Assembly: GCF_006345805.1 (NCBI RefSeq)
Contig: NC_042997.1
Span: 75,826,001 to 75,890,000 of the forward strand
Length of the DNA: 64,000 bases
DNA from: Octopus sinensis
Lineage: Eukaryota
Direction of reading: 5' to 3'
Shown: positions 1 to 13,844 of the stretch, in pieces
How positions within the stretch are numbered: position 1 is the stretch's first letter
Layout of the letters: every line of letters begins with the position of its first letter
The notes under the pieces: model-generated
What the model was told of the DNA's origin: nothing
Databases searched by the model: none
What the model saw: the letters and a program-made list of their open reading frames with translations, nothing else
Made by a program: the position numbers and the translations under genes

Positions 1-690
1 GCAGTACTACAGGAACACTTTACCTGTTCGCGATAAGTTATCTAGGCACAGAATGTCAGTGCCACCAACATGTCCAAGATATGGGCTGGACGATGAAACC
101 GTCCAGCACACTTTTGTACAATGTTGGGAGCTGTCAAGCTTGATAAGTTACGTAGAACACGTATTGTCGCATCTGGGACGAGTACAGCTGTCAGCTGGAT
201 CTATAATAAAGATGGTACCGCCAACTGGACTCTCAAACGAAGGTGAGGCATGTTTTTACTGTACAGTGGTAGTATTGAAAGAGTGCGTATGGCGAACTAG
301 AATGGAAGGTTTTGTGACAGGGTCCTTCGTCTCTGGCCCGAGATTGATAACCTATTTCAGATACCATCTGAAGAGCAAGATGGGGTTAGAGAGGAAGACC
401 CTGCCGCAGAGAGCGTATGAGAAACGTTGGAAGGATGTAATAAGAAAGGTGGGTGTCAGTAACCCAGCTTAATCATCAATGAAGGAAAAAAAAATAGTTG
501 CCGGGTCTTACAGGCTGCTGGGTATATAGTTTGAACTTGTTTGATTTATCTTTTCTTAAAAAAAAAGGATACCAGGAAAGTCATTAAATTTTTAATATTC
601 ATTTGAACTCATCTTAACATTTTTGCATTTGTTTCATCCTGTAATGTCCCATCTGTGTATTGATTGTATAATCATAATAAAGAATCTATC
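1..690 (+). mobile_element. 3' end of a Tx1/L1-clade non-LTR retrotransposon
   Basis: Frame reads RNTLPVRDKLSRHRMSVPPTCPRYGLDDETVQHTFVQC, a decayed C-x2-C-x8-H-x4-C C-terminal zinc knuckle of L1/Tx1 ORF2. Stop at 472, T-rich 3' UTR, AATAAA at 677-682. Confidence 0.75.
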
Positions 691-704
691 TCTAGCAGAC
701 GAGG

Positions 705-760
705 TGTCCAGTACTGAAGAGTGGCAGAAATAGTCCGAAACCAGGTCTAGTCAACTGGTC
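705..760 (+). ncRNA. Hammerhead ribozyme motif, type I (bulged stem I)
   Basis: gtccagta CTGAAGA gtggc-agaaata-gtcc GAAA; stem III ACC-A-GGT; C17; then ta-gtcaa-ctggtc pairing with gtccagta around an internal bulge. Stem II is imperfect. Confidence 0.6.
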
Positions 761-1149
761 CTGCAGCTAGGGTTAACCAGCTAGAGATGTCCTCTTGGGG
801 TTAAAAAATCGTAGTCGAGTCTGTTTGAACAAACAGCCATGTTGAAGTGGCTTTGAATATTACTTGTCAGTACAACTACTGTGTTGATCTATTAGAGAGA
901 TTTTAGAACTAGCATTTTTGCTTAGTCATTGCTGTACCTATGAAATCATTCACTACAGACTTGACATTAGTAAAATTTATCCAAGATAGGTATCCCAAAC
1001 AACTCTCAGAATTACAAAAACAAATTCATTTTGGTATCTGTCAACAACTGTTGGATTTCTATGGTAACATAGAAAGAAATTGTGGAAAGAAATTGTGACT
1101 AGTGATGATGCATATAAGTGTGTTACAAATAATTAATTTGACTCACCTA

Positions 1150-1269
<120 letters not shown>

Positions 1270-2273
1270 CACTGATTTCCACATATATTTGTTCATAGAG
1301 AGACAATAGTTCAACTGGTGGCAATAATTATTAGAGAAACTGTAGCATCTTTTTTATTTGAGCATTCTTAAAATCCGATAATGATATTTTACATTAAATT
1401 CTCTTCAAAAATTATTCTTATATAATTTCACTTTTTGTGAGGAAGAAATCATATTACATTTGTATGAATATGTTAAACAGATACATAATTAGAGTTACAA
1501 CTGAAAATTGGTTATACTTAAAAGAATATTGAATAAAGTTATCTCTTGCATACTTTTTAATACAGTACTACTTAGAGAACTAACCTGGAAAGTATACCCG
1601 TAAACATTAAAATTAAACAGATACAAATTTTGGTTAAAGAACTTAAGTAATATTAATGATTTTGCAAGTAACTTTTGAATTAGAATTTAGAAACAGATTA
1701 TTTCCCTAACATTTCTTTTCATACATAAGACTATCAAAATAAGAAAAAGCTTACACGCATTTAATTAACTAAAAACAAATTAAGAAAGAACCCCTCTAGC
1801 CATGAAAAAAAAAATCATTCATAGATTCAATATATACATGTTAAGACTATACTGAAAACTACATAGATAATTTGATCATAACAATTAGTGCTTGATGTAA
1901 AACGATAATCTGGAGTCATAATTTAACAAAAGTTTCAATATTTTAGAGAAATTATAAATCTTCAAACACGATTTACACATGAATAAAAAAAATTTTTTAA
2001 ACTTTATTCCAATATTCTAGTAATTTTAAATTAATTGGCTTTTGACTAAACAACTATTAATCATTATTTCATTTAAAATAAATACCGTAAAATAATTAAA
2101 ATGACAATTAAAAAAAAAAAAAATTCTACCACATAGCATTTTAGTATATTTAAATGTAAGGGTGCAATTACTGAAATTAATTTTAGACTACAAAAAGAAT
2201 TTATACTTACATGAATCTGCAATAAGAAAATGTGCATTTAATTTTAAAAAACAAATACCCTCTTTTAGTAGTA

Positions 2274-3346
2274 TCATAACTCTGTTTTGGTATTCTTTTT
2301 GTTACTAATTACTTCATCTTCAACTGTAGTTAATCTCACATAATCTTTAATGTCTTCTGTGTAAGAATGTTTTTGTAAGTATTTGTTTGCTATTAAAATA
2401 TTTTCAGGGTCATTGTTTGTTTGGACTTGAGACTGTTTTTCAAGAATGTTGTAATTTTCTTTGGATTTATACTCAAATTCTTCAGAAAGCAAATTCTTAT
2501 CAAATTCTTTGTTTTGTACTTCTTTACTATCATCCCCATTTTGTAGATCACTCTTTACAGATTTATCAACACTAGGGTGCGTGCCTTCCTTTAGTGTCAC
2601 TAACCAAAGGTCATCAGAACTAACTTCATTTGGTTTCTTTTTACAATTATCATTATCAAATAATTTATCACCTTCCTGAGGATTTTCTCTAAATGTAGAA
2701 TGTAATTCTTTCTCTTCTTTCCAATTTTTATCATTATCAATTGCATCACTTTGTAGCTGTACTTCTTTGACAATAATAAGTTCAAAAGCTAATTGATCAA
2801 GTAAGTTTTTATCCTCATCACTTAAATTTCCTGAATCAAAATAAGCAGCCTCTAAAATCTTTGCAAGAGCCCTCAAATATGGACCCTGCTGTTCAAGTTG
2901 AGGGAAATTTGTATGGTCTCTCAAAAATGTAACTAAATCAACATAAATCTGATTCAATTTTGGTTCATTTTTTGCTGGATTAATTTTAGAGAGATGCTGA
3001 AAATAAAATACTAGCTGTTTTGTACCATCTGGAAGCAAATTAAGTTGAATTGGCTCAAAAGTCATATCATAAGGTGATGATGAAACATCATTGAAAATTT
3101 TTATGCTAATCTCCATGTTAACATTATCAGAACCAACCTTAATAAAATAGCCTCCAGACCCATCTCTAATCGACACTTTTTTTTTGTTGTAAGTCACTCT
3201 GTTCATGGTTGGTTGATACAAGAAACTAGCAGAAGTTGCTGGTGTTTGAACAGGTTTCATGAACTGAAATGTCTTTTTTTGTTTATTAGAACCTAAAGTT
3301 GATGTTTCTTTTTGGTAATCTTCAGTAGGTAGCTTGCTCTGGGGAG
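2274..3346 (-). CDS. EDEM3: EDEM3-like terminal coding exon (357 codons incl. stop), ends KTEL*
   Basis: Acceptor tattttcag at 3347-3348; phase 1 matches the donor at 29735. Open frame (A)PQSKLPTEDYQKE...FMKPVQ...KNTKTEL then TGA. EDEM3 ends in an ER-retention KDEL and KTEL is a known variant. The Met at 3260 in the ORF track is internal. Confidence 0.85.
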
Positions 3347-4079
3347 CTGAAAATAGTATGAATGAATATCAGTTACACACAGGTATATTTATACTTCTAT
3401 ATTATGAATTATATTGATATAAAAAACCCCCAAAAAAACAACTCCTCTATTATGTATGCATGTGTGTTTATATATATACACACACATTACACACATGCAT
3501 ACATATAAACATACATATTGTTGCTATTATGCAAAAGTGTCATAGGTCCAAAATGTTGCTTTTTCAGAAAAAAATATAGTTGAACCATTCCATTTCTTTT
3601 TACTTTAGCAAAAGTTTCAGCTTAACAATAATACTTTGTTGGGTGCATAAAATCTTAACTCCATTTTCAGTAAGAAATATTTTTGTAAAACTGTCGTATG
3701 TGGGACTTACTACACTTTTGAAAAATGCTAAACTATTGCACTACACTTTGACAATTTTCATATCTTGGCATCTGAAACAGCTGGAGATATGATAGTTTGA
3801 CCAAAAGAACTGGCTATTGCAAGCAGAATTAAATATTGAAAAAAAAGCAAGCATTTGGCTAAATTTGGACATAGCAATGATATATATATAAACATAAGAC
3901 TTATACTGTACAGTGTAACCACCCTACTTTTCTTCCTGGTCAACCTATGTGTCCTATTTTCATGACCTCTTTACCTTTCTCCTTGTTGGCCCTTAATTTG
4001 GATATTGTATGGGATTGAGGAAATTGTAATTTATTGAATAAACTCTATGCTACCTGGCAAGCATTTGTGCAGATGCTGG

Positions 4080-7000
4080 CAGAAGTACCACAACAACTGC
4101 TTTCTCACTGTCACTGTCAAGTACACAATTTTAGAGCTGCTACCATCAATGTTGGCATAAAGAAAGGAAGGTCTAGTGAGATTATTGAAATATTGGAGTG
4201 TTGCCATGTCGATGTGTGTGGTGTAGAAGAAGTAAAATGGAGGGGAGCCTCTGCTAAATTTCTCACGAATAAGAAACAGAGGTTCAAATTCTTCTGGGTA
4301 GGTAGAAGTGATGGAGTGGGTGGTGTAGAGGTACTCTTAGCAAAAAAGTAGGTAGATAAGGTAATTGATGTAGTCAGAGTATTATTAAATTTATAGATAA
4401 ATTAACAGTTACATTTATCTCTGCCTATGCTCCACAGTCTGGGCAGGCTAATAACCAGGACCAATTTTACAAGGTCCTTCTGCAGACTACCTCAACGATA
4501 AATGACAGAGACTAGGTTATTGTGACTGGTAACTTTAATGGACATGTTGGGCAGCATTCCCATGGATTTCATGGTGGTTATGACTTTGGCCCAAAGAATG
4601 AGGAGGGAACAAGGCTACTGGAGTTCTATGATGCAAATGATCTCATTATATCTGCAACACTAGCTTCAGAAAGCCAGCCAGCCAGCCACCTAATCACTTA
4701 TCAGTCTGGAGGGCACATAAGCCAGATTGATTACCTCCTCACCAGGTAACAAGATAGGCAGATGCTTGCAAATGCGAAGTTTTTCCCAGATGAAGAGTGT
4801 ACAATCCAACATAGGTTACTAGTTAGTGACTACAGAATAAGAGATAGAAAGGCTCGGAGACATAAATCATTCTGGAAAAGAAGATTATGGAAGCTCAAAA
4901 ATACAGCAAACCAACAGAAATTTAGAGATATTCTAATGGAAGCCAATGACAAAAGAGAGGAGGAGGTGGGGACATATAGTTTAGAGGACAATCAGATGTT
5001 CCTGTGGGAAGATCTACTGAAGGCCACAGACCAGATCTGTGGCTGGTGCAAAGTCCCAGCTAGGCTGAGGGTGACATAGTGGTGGAACAAAGAGGTAGAC
5101 AGTGCTATAAAAGCAAAAAGACAGGCCTGGAAAGACTGGAAAACAGTGGAAGCAGAGAATTATATCAGGTAATCAGAAGGGAAGCTACATGACAGGTTTA
5201 CATAAGCGAAAGGAATAGCAGACGGTAAGAGATTTGTTATGGTCTACAGCATGAGGATCAAAGGAATGAGGTGTTCAGGATTGCAAAGCAGTGTATAAGA
5301 GAGAATAGAGATGTGGTGGGTGAGAAATGTGTGTGAATAGATAATGGCATATTTGCAGTTATTGACTCAGAGAAAGGTTATTAAAAGTGGAAAATGCATG
5401 GGAGGAGGAGAATCTTTCAAATAGCAGTATGATAGATAAGGCAATTAAAGATATGAAGACAAGGGAAGCCCCTGGACCATCAGGAATCACTGTTAAGTTG
5501 ATTAAAATATCTGTCAGTGTAGGATACAGCCTAGTTGCTTATACATATGTCAATCAGGTTATTCAGAAAGATGGTATAGAAGTATCATAGCTGCTACAAA
5601 GGTAAAGGCCTTAGATACAAACAACTACAAAGGCATCAAACTGCTGGATCACATCATGAAAGTTAAAGAGAGAGTTGTAGCTCAATTGATTAGGAATAGA
5701 ATTAAACTAGATGAGATGTAGTTTGGTTTTTGTACATGGGAATCTAGCGCATGAGTAGGGGTTCACCAGAGTTCAGTTTGCAGTCCACTCTTACTCCTAA
5801 TAGCTCTTCAGGCCATAACAAAGGAATTCAGAACTGGATGTCTGTGGAAACTACTTTATGCTGATGACCTCACTCTTACTTGTAGAGTGTGTAGCAAAAT
5901 TGGAGAAGAAATTCCAGGTGTAGAAGCAAAACCTAGAATCAAAGGACCTTAAAGTTAACCTAGTAAAGACCAAAGTTGTTGTCTGCAAGAAAGCAGATAA
6001 GACTCTTCCTGTCAGGTAAATGGCCCTGCTCAATATGTAGGCAAGGATTTGGAAGTAATTCTATTTGCTGCACCCAGTGTAAACTATGGACACATAAGTG
6101 GTGCAGTGGAACCACAGGTAGATTAACAGATAAAGTTGTCTTTGTGTGTGGCAGATGTGCAGGAACAATAAGCACTAAGGGCACTCAAATGTCCAGGAGG
6201 CTCTCTTGAAATTGTAGATAGTTTCTGTTACCTAGGTGACCAAATTAGCAATTGTGGTGGATGCTCTGAAAGTATTGTTTCTAGAATAAGAATAGGATGA
6301 AGGAAGTTCAGAGCTGTTACCTCTGTTGGTGATAAAAGGACTCTCTCAGAGTGAAAGGTAGATTGTATGTTTCTGTATGAACAGCTATATTCCATGATAG
6401 TGAGACATGGGCTTTGAATGCAGAAGACATGTATAGATTAGAGAGAAATGAAGGCAGTTTTCTCCATTGGATGTGCAACATCAATGTGCATGTATGTCAA
6501 TTGCAGATGTGTTGAGAGAAAAGTTGGGCATAAGAGGAATCAAATGCAGAATGCAAGAGAGAAGACTACATTGGTTTGGACATGTGATGCATATGAACAA
6601 AGACAGCTGAAAGTGGATGATGCTTGTGGAAGAGGGAGACCCAGGAAGACATGAGATGAGGTAGTGAGGACTGATCTCAGGATGTCAGGTTTCATGGAGG
6701 AAATGACAACAGACTGAGATGTTTGGCAATATGAGGTTTGTGAGAAAACCTGACCATGTCAGCAAAACTGAGTTTTAGAATCGCTGTGTGTTCTACCCAC
6801 ATGTAACAATATAACTTTTCACACACCCTACACCAACAAACCAAACTATATCTCTTCTCTTTCATGCACTATACTTATCTCTCACTCCTCAATCATCCTC
6901 ACTGCATCATTGCTATCCTGTACCCGCTCTATAAACCCAGGTTTGCACCAGTCACTGCATTACTCACCCCAACACTCTGTGCATCCATGTGAAGTCTCTA

Positions 7001-7795
7001 CTCCTTACTCTTTTTTGGCAATAACCTGCCACTTATATTGTGACTTCTGTACCTTGAGAGTATGCCCTGGCACTTTCCCCCTTCTAGCTCTCTCTCTTCC
7101 TTTATCCAAGTATTCTATTTATCTATTATCTATATACCCAAGTTTTCACCATTCATTACATTCTCCACCCCCACACTTTGTGCATCCATATGAAGTCTCT
7201 TCTCTCTACTCATACTTCTTTGGCACATATCTTGCCACTTATGACTTCTGTACCTTGAGGTAAGTCTCTCTCTTCCTTTACTCCACCCTCCCATTATATT
7301 CTGATCCCCATTCCTTTTGAGTATGGCCTGACACTTCAACATCATCTTTCTCCTGCTCTCTCTTACTCTTCCCTCATGTAACTCCTCTACAGCAAGACAC
7401 CTATTTCTGTCTCTCTGTCATAGTCATACCTTTCATCATCTGGTACAAGACTGCCTCCTTCAATGTCCCCTTTTAAAGGATCTTTATCTTGCAAGTTACT
7501 TGCTGGCACCACATAAAAAGCATCCAGTTCACACCGCAAAGTGGTTGACATTTGGAAGGGTATCCAGCAGTAAAAACCCATACCAAAACTGACCTCACTT
7601 GAGTTGGTGCCATGTAAAAAGCACTCAGCCCACTCTGTAGGGTGGTTGGTGTTAGGAAGGGCATCCAGCCATAAAAAAACATGTCAAAACAAGCACAGAA
7701 GTCTTGTACAGTCTTCTGCCTGGCCAGCTCTTGTGAACTGTCCAACCCATGCCAGCATGGAAAGCAGACATTAGACAATGATGATAACAATGTTA
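4080..7795 (+). mobile_element. Decayed RTE-clade LINE (family 1, older subfamily with pyrimidine-rich 3' UTR)
   Basis: AP endonuclease (ATINVG...VCGVEEVKWRGASAKF; GNFNGHVG; SQIDYLL), RT (LYADD at ~5855), PHD-like Cys/His cluster at ~6020-6160, then the family 3' tail caacccatgccagcatgg...gatgat. Many stops and frameshifts. Confidence 0.85.
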
Positions 7796-8276
7796 TTCAT
7801 TAATTCCACCACATTTTAAAACTGGGATGACACATGTAAGTCCTAACCCTTACAACCATATGCTCCTCCAGAATTGCCAATTTCAAAAAGCTAAAAGATA
7901 CTAAATAAAAATGAAAAGTGCCAAAAAAAAAAAAGGACTTAAGAAAAAATCCAAATAAAGTGGTGTAAAAATCAAAAGATATACATTAAAGATTTCAGTA
8001 TAACTTATTCATGAAGTTCATATGGTCTCTCCACATCAGAATTTGCTAACTTGGAGAAATGTTCAAATGAATTTTTTCCCTGTCAAATACAATGACTCTT
8101 CAATCCAGAAAGAAAGTGTGACTGAAATTTGTTTTCATCATCATTTTTAAAGCATTTCCATTGAAAATTAATTTTTGTCAGACTCTGAATATTCATTAAA
8201 ATGCTTTGCAGAGTCTATTATTATTGGTTTGAGATATTCTCTTACACTAAAATAACTCACCGATTATCACCCTCCC

Positions 8277-11200
8277 CCATCATCATTTAATGTCCATTGT
8301 CCATGCTGGCATGGGTTGGACAGTTTGACTGGGCTGGCATGCTGGAAGGCTGCACCAGACTCCAGTCTAATTTGGCATGGTTTTCTACAGCTGGATGCCC
8401 TTCCTAATGCCAACCACTCCAAGAATATATAAAAGCACCCAGTTGTGTGACACTGGGGTGCATTTACATGCCAATTTGTGTGACACTGGTATCTGCCACG
8501 ACTGCGATTTTGCTTGGCTTGATGGGTCTTCTTCTCAAGCACGACATAATGACAAAGGTCTTTGTCATTGCCTCTGTGAAGCCCAATGCTCAAAAGAAAC
8601 TCAGCCACTTTGCCTCCAAGAGGCCCAACGTTCAAATGATGTTCTTTATGTGTCACCAGCATGGGTATACTTGGCTTCACAGGTCCTCTCCAGCACAGCA
8701 CATCACCAAAGGTCTCAGTCACCAGTCATTGCCTCAGTAAAGCTCAAACTTCAAAGATCATGCTTCACCACCTCGTCCCACGTCTTCCTGGATCTACCTC
8801 CACAGTTAGAGACTGGCACTTCCTTACACAGACGCCCTTGTCCATATGCATCACATGACCATACCAGAGCAGTCGTCTCTTTTGCACACCACATCTGATT
8901 CCTCTTATACCTAACCTTTCTTTCAAGATGTTTACACTCTGTTGAACATGCACACTGACATTGCACATCCAGCAAAGCATACTGGCTTCATTTCTTTCAA
9001 GCCTACACATGTCCTCGGCTGTCATAACCCATGTTTCAATGCCATGCAACATGGCTGTTCATACACATGCGTCATACAGTCTGCCTTTTACTCTGAGCAT
9101 GAGGCCCTTTGTCAGCAGCAGAGGTAAGAGCTCTCTGAACTTTGCCCAGCCTAATCTTATTCTCACAGCTACACTCTCAGAGCATCCACCTCCATTATTA
9201 ACTTGGTCACCTCGATAACAGAAGCTATCTACTATCTCTAGCTTGCCCCCTGGCAGATAATGGAGTCTATTTTCTGTACATTTTCAGCGTTTATTGTACC
9301 TGTGCACCTTCCACATACAAAAGTTAGTTTCCCTGTTAAGCTTCCTCTGATATTGCTGCACCTTTTTATGTGTCCAGAGCTTACACTGAGCACATCCTAT
9401 GGAGTTTCTACCTACACTTTTTCTACAGATTGAGCAAGGCCATCTACCTGAAGTAATTTGTGATTTGTCTGCCTTCCTATGATTTTGGTTTTTGCTATTA
9501 CCCTTTGATTCTAGACCCTGCTTCCATATCTGGAATTTCTTCTCTAGTTCAAGTAGTGATTCAATTATAAGAACAAAGTCATCATCAGAGAGGATCTCCC
9601 AGGGGTAGCCAGTCTTGAATTCCTCTGTTATTGCCTGGAGGACTATGATGAACAAAAGGGGCTGAGCACAAATCCTTGGTGAACCCCTACTGGTATCCTG
9701 GATTCTTTGCTGTACTCATTACCCACTGTCACCTTACTGGTAGTGTTCCTGTACAAGGCATGTATGGCACTCACCAATCATTTGTCTATCCATAGTTTCC
9801 CTACATAAGGGATCAGAGGACTCTATCAAAAGCATTCTCCAAGTCAACAAAAGCCAAGTACAGAAGTTTATCTTTGGTTAGATATTGCTTCTGCAGTTGC
9901 CTTACCAGAAATATAAGCATCAGTGGTGCTTCTACTTGGCACAAAACCAAATTGTATCTCATCTAGACTAACTCTGTCCCTAATTAGCTGTGCGATGACT
10001 CTCTTCACAACTTTCATCACCTGATCCAACAATTTGATACCTCTGTAATTATTTCTATCTGAGGCATCACCTTTACCTTTGTAGCAGTTAACTATGGTGC
10101 TGCTATACCAGTCACTGGGTATGACTCCTTCATGAACCACCTGATTTACAATACAAGTGACTAAATCATAACCCACAACACCAGGTATTTTAAGCATCTC
10201 AGCGATGATTCCTGATGGACTGGGGGCGTTTCTTGTCTTCAAATCCTTAATTGTTTTATCTACCAGGGTATTGTCAATTTGGGTAGCTTGGTCCTTCAAT
10301 TGGGTCAACATTTGGCAGACTCTCCCCCTCCCATTCATTCTCCATGTTCAAAATTGCATCTCCAAGCCTCTTTCTTTGCAGACTCATTAAAAGCAAGTGT
10401 ACCATCATCCATGTGGACACATTTCTCTCCTATAACATCACAATTTTCTCTCACACACTGTCTTGCAATCCAAAATACTTCAGTTCTTTGGTCCTCATGA
10501 TGCTGAATATAGGCAAACTTCTTTTCTACTTCTCCCTTGGCTAGATATACCTGTCTCCTAGCTTCCCTTCTGGTTGTCTGATACAGTTTCCTGCTGCCTC
10601 CACTCTTCCAGGCCTTCCCAGCTTGTTTCTTTGCTCTAATGGCCCTGTCTACAGTATTGTTCCACCACCATGTTACCCTAGGTCTGGAAGGGACTTTGCA
10701 CCAGCTACAGATTTGGTCTGTGGCACGCAGCAATTCTCAGTTGCCTTTTATGTCACAAGTTTCTCAATTAGGATGTCCCTAAATCTCTAACCATATGAAG
10801 GTCCTTATGCTTCCAAATCCTTCTTTTCCAGATTGGTCTGATTCTTGGCATCTTTCTGGCCTGCAGTCTAAAGATGCTAATGACTAGTCTATGATGTGGG
10901 GTACATTCTTTACCAGTGAGGGTCTCTGTATTTAAGAGCAACTTTGCATTCCAATGGCTGGCTTCCTGAAGTTGGTGTTGCAGATCAATAGGTTATTTGC
11001 AAGACAGAACTCCAGTATCTTTGTTCCTTCTTCGTTTCAGGAACCAAGGAAGATACCAGGCTGCTGTCCAACATACCCATTGAAATCCCCAGTCATGCAG
11101 ATGAGATCATTGTCACTCATCTTTGAGGCAGCCTGTAGAAGAATATCATAAAAGTGGTCCTTCTGTTCATTTAGTAGGCTTGCTTGTGGGGCATAGGCAG

Positions 11201-11640
11201 ATATAATTGTAGCTATACTATTCTGCAAGACTAGCCTGAGCTTAAGTACTCTTTTGCACACTTTGACTACCTCTATGAACTTATCTACCCATTTCTCTGC
11301 AAGAAGTATGCCCACACCACCTACTCTGTTACTGCTACTATCCCAGAAGATTTTAAACCTATGTGTCTTGCCTGTGAGGAACCTAGCTGAAGCTCCTCTC
11401 CACCTTACCTCTTGGATGCAATATACATCAACATGTCTCTGTTCAAGTATCTCTACAATCTTGTTAAACCTACATTTCAATGTGCCTACATTTACAGTGC
11501 CAACTTTGAAAACTGGGAAAGGGATGTGGGAAGGAACATGAAATGTTATTCTTCCATTTCTTGTTTCTATGATTGTTTGATAAGACATGTCATGTCATAA
11601 CAGTTGCTCTTGCTTTCAACCTGTCATCATTCAAACGTAT
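8277..11640 (-). mobile_element. Near full-length decayed RTE LINE (family 1)
   Basis: APE (TVNVGTLK...IQEVRWRGASARF, GDFNGYVG), RT (NYRGIKLLDQVMKV; ILSDDD), C-terminal LHGIETW...RRLLWYGHV, and a (CAT)n tail at 8277. Confidence 0.88.
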
Positions 11641-11766
11641 TAAAATTGTTGCCTCTACTGGGGATGAGAGTAAGGTAAGCACTGTAAATATAAACGTTAA
11701 ATATGCCAATGTTAAATTAAGTAAATGGGCTGCTATTTGGTTGGGTTAGTCCATTATATATATATA

Positions 11767-13840
11767 CCGTATTTTCCGTACTATAAGGCGCACCTAAAAA
11801 CCTTCAAAAATCTCAAAAGCCGACGGTGCGCCTTATATGTGGACCAATATTGAGCCACAACAGGTCTCGAAACTACGGTAAGCAGCCGCCGACTTAATTT
11901 TCCCTCGTAGAAGAAGCGTGCGGTGCATTCTGGGATATATGACTGTGTGAGGCGTGCCGTTTCATTTCCATTTGTGTGTTTATGTAGAGACCCCAAAATG
12001 GCTCCTATTAAGAGACACGCCTACGACGCAGAGTTTAAACTCAAGGCGATCAGTCACGCAGTAGAACACGGGAATAGAGCAGCAGCGAGAGAATTTAACA
12101 TTAATGAATCAATGGTGCGGAAGTGGAGGAAGCAACAAGATGACCTGAGCCAAGTAAAGAAGACTAAAAAGAGTTTCCGAGGGAACAAAGCGAGATGGCC
12201 ACAAACTCGAACAGTGGGTTGTTGAACAGAGAGCAGCAGGTAGAAGTGTCAGTACAATCACTATTTGAATGAAGGCAACAGCGCTAGCAAGCGAACTTAA
12301 CATTAATGAATTTAAAGGCAGTCCTTCTTGGTGCTTTCGGTTTATGAAAAGATGTAATCTCTCCATTCGCACACGAACTAGTTTCACAGCAACTGCCAAA
12401 AGACTACCAAGAAAAGCTGGTCACTTTTCGCGCATATTGCAAAAACAAGATTACTGAAAAAAAGATCCGGCCAGAGCACATCATCAACATGGACGAGGTT
12501 CCACTCACCTTTGATATTCCTGTGAACCGCACAGTGGAAAAAACGGGAGCATGTATGGTAAATGTTCGCACCACAGGAAATGAGAAGTCATCCTTCACTG
12601 TAGTTCTCGCTTGCCAAGCTAATGGCCAGAAACTTCCACCCATGGTTATTTTCAAGAGGAAGACCTTGCCAAAAGAAAACTTTCCAGCCGGTGTCGTCAT
12701 CAAAGCTAATTCAAAGGGATGGATGGATGAGGAAAAGATGAGCGAGTGGTTGAGAGAAATTTACGTGAAGAGACCGGGTGGCTTTTTTCACACAGCTCCG
12801 TCCCTTTTGATCTACGACTCCATGCGCTCCCATATCACAAATGGTGTCAAAAACATGTGAAGCACACGAATTCAATACTCGCCGTCATTCCAGGTGGATT
12901 GACAAAAGAACTCCAGCCACTAGATATTGGTGTCAACAGGGCATTCAAAGCTAGACTGCGAACTGCGTGGGAACAGTGGATGACAGAAGGCGAACACACT
13001 TTTACCAAGACAGGGAGACAGCACCGAACGACACACGCCACTATCTGCCAATGGATCATAAATGCCTGGGCTGATATATCAGTCTCAACTGTGGTCCGAG
13101 CTTTCAGGAAGGCAGGAATTGTCACTGAACTGCTAGACAACATCAGCGACACTGACTCGATTAATGATGACTTCAACGAGACAGAGCCCGTATTCGCCCA
13201 ACTGTTTAATTCGGACACTGAAGAAGAAGAATTCGAGGGATTCGTGAATGAGGAATAACTTAATAAAGTGAGCTTTATATGTTTATTTTGTGTGTTGTGT
13301 TGTGTGACATTAACGTTTGAGCAACGTTAAGTTATTGATATTTTTTATTGCTTTGCACTATTTCGAGTGTTACTATATTGTGATTGCACTAACGTTTGAT
13401 TTACTGTAACAGCATCAGACTGTTTTTTACGTGTTTATTGAATCGAGGAAAAGTTCCCCTCCACTATGTGATCTAAATGTTGCACTACATGTTATACCTT
13501 GCTGTTGTTAAAAAATAAACAAAATACCACGTCACTGACTTTACCTCGGGGAAAATAATAAAACAGCTGTTTATTCATTTTGGGAGTGAACGGAGTTGTC
13601 AGAACGCTGGTTTGTAATCTATTAATAAAGTTTGACTGACCTATCCAACTGTTTTGTTGACATTCCTTTCAGCACAGCTCCATCTAATGGATGCATAACG
13701 TAACCCCAGCCTCTACTGTAGCGTCTATTCTATGCGCCTTATAATGCGGTGCGTCTTATATATGGACAAAGTTTTAAAATAGGCCATTCATTGAAGGTGC
13801 GCTTTATAATCCGGTGCGCCTTATAGTGTGGAAAATACGG
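11767..13840 (+). mobile_element. pogo-superfamily DNA transposon (DD35D, Passer/POGK-like), complete ends, disrupted transposase
   Basis: TIRs ccgtattttccg(t/c)actataaggcgcacc / ggtgcgccttatagtgtggaaaatacgg with TA on both sides, plus subterminal tgcgccttata repeats. Transposase 11998-13258: Brinker-like HTH (YDAEFKLKAI), CENP-B HTH, NMDE...LIYDS...QPLD. Three frameshifts and one TGA; restoring one A in the A-run at ~12850 gives D-35-D. Confidence 0.93.
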
Positions 13841-13844
13841 TATA

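Noticed and set aside
5855-5875. CTGATGA hits here and at ~44700 and ~63855
   Set aside because: They are codons of the RT YADD motif, not ribozyme cores.
11998-13258. Domesticated POGK-like host gene
   Set aside because: Flanked by TIRs and a TA TSD, frameshifted, and without a KRAB domain or introns.
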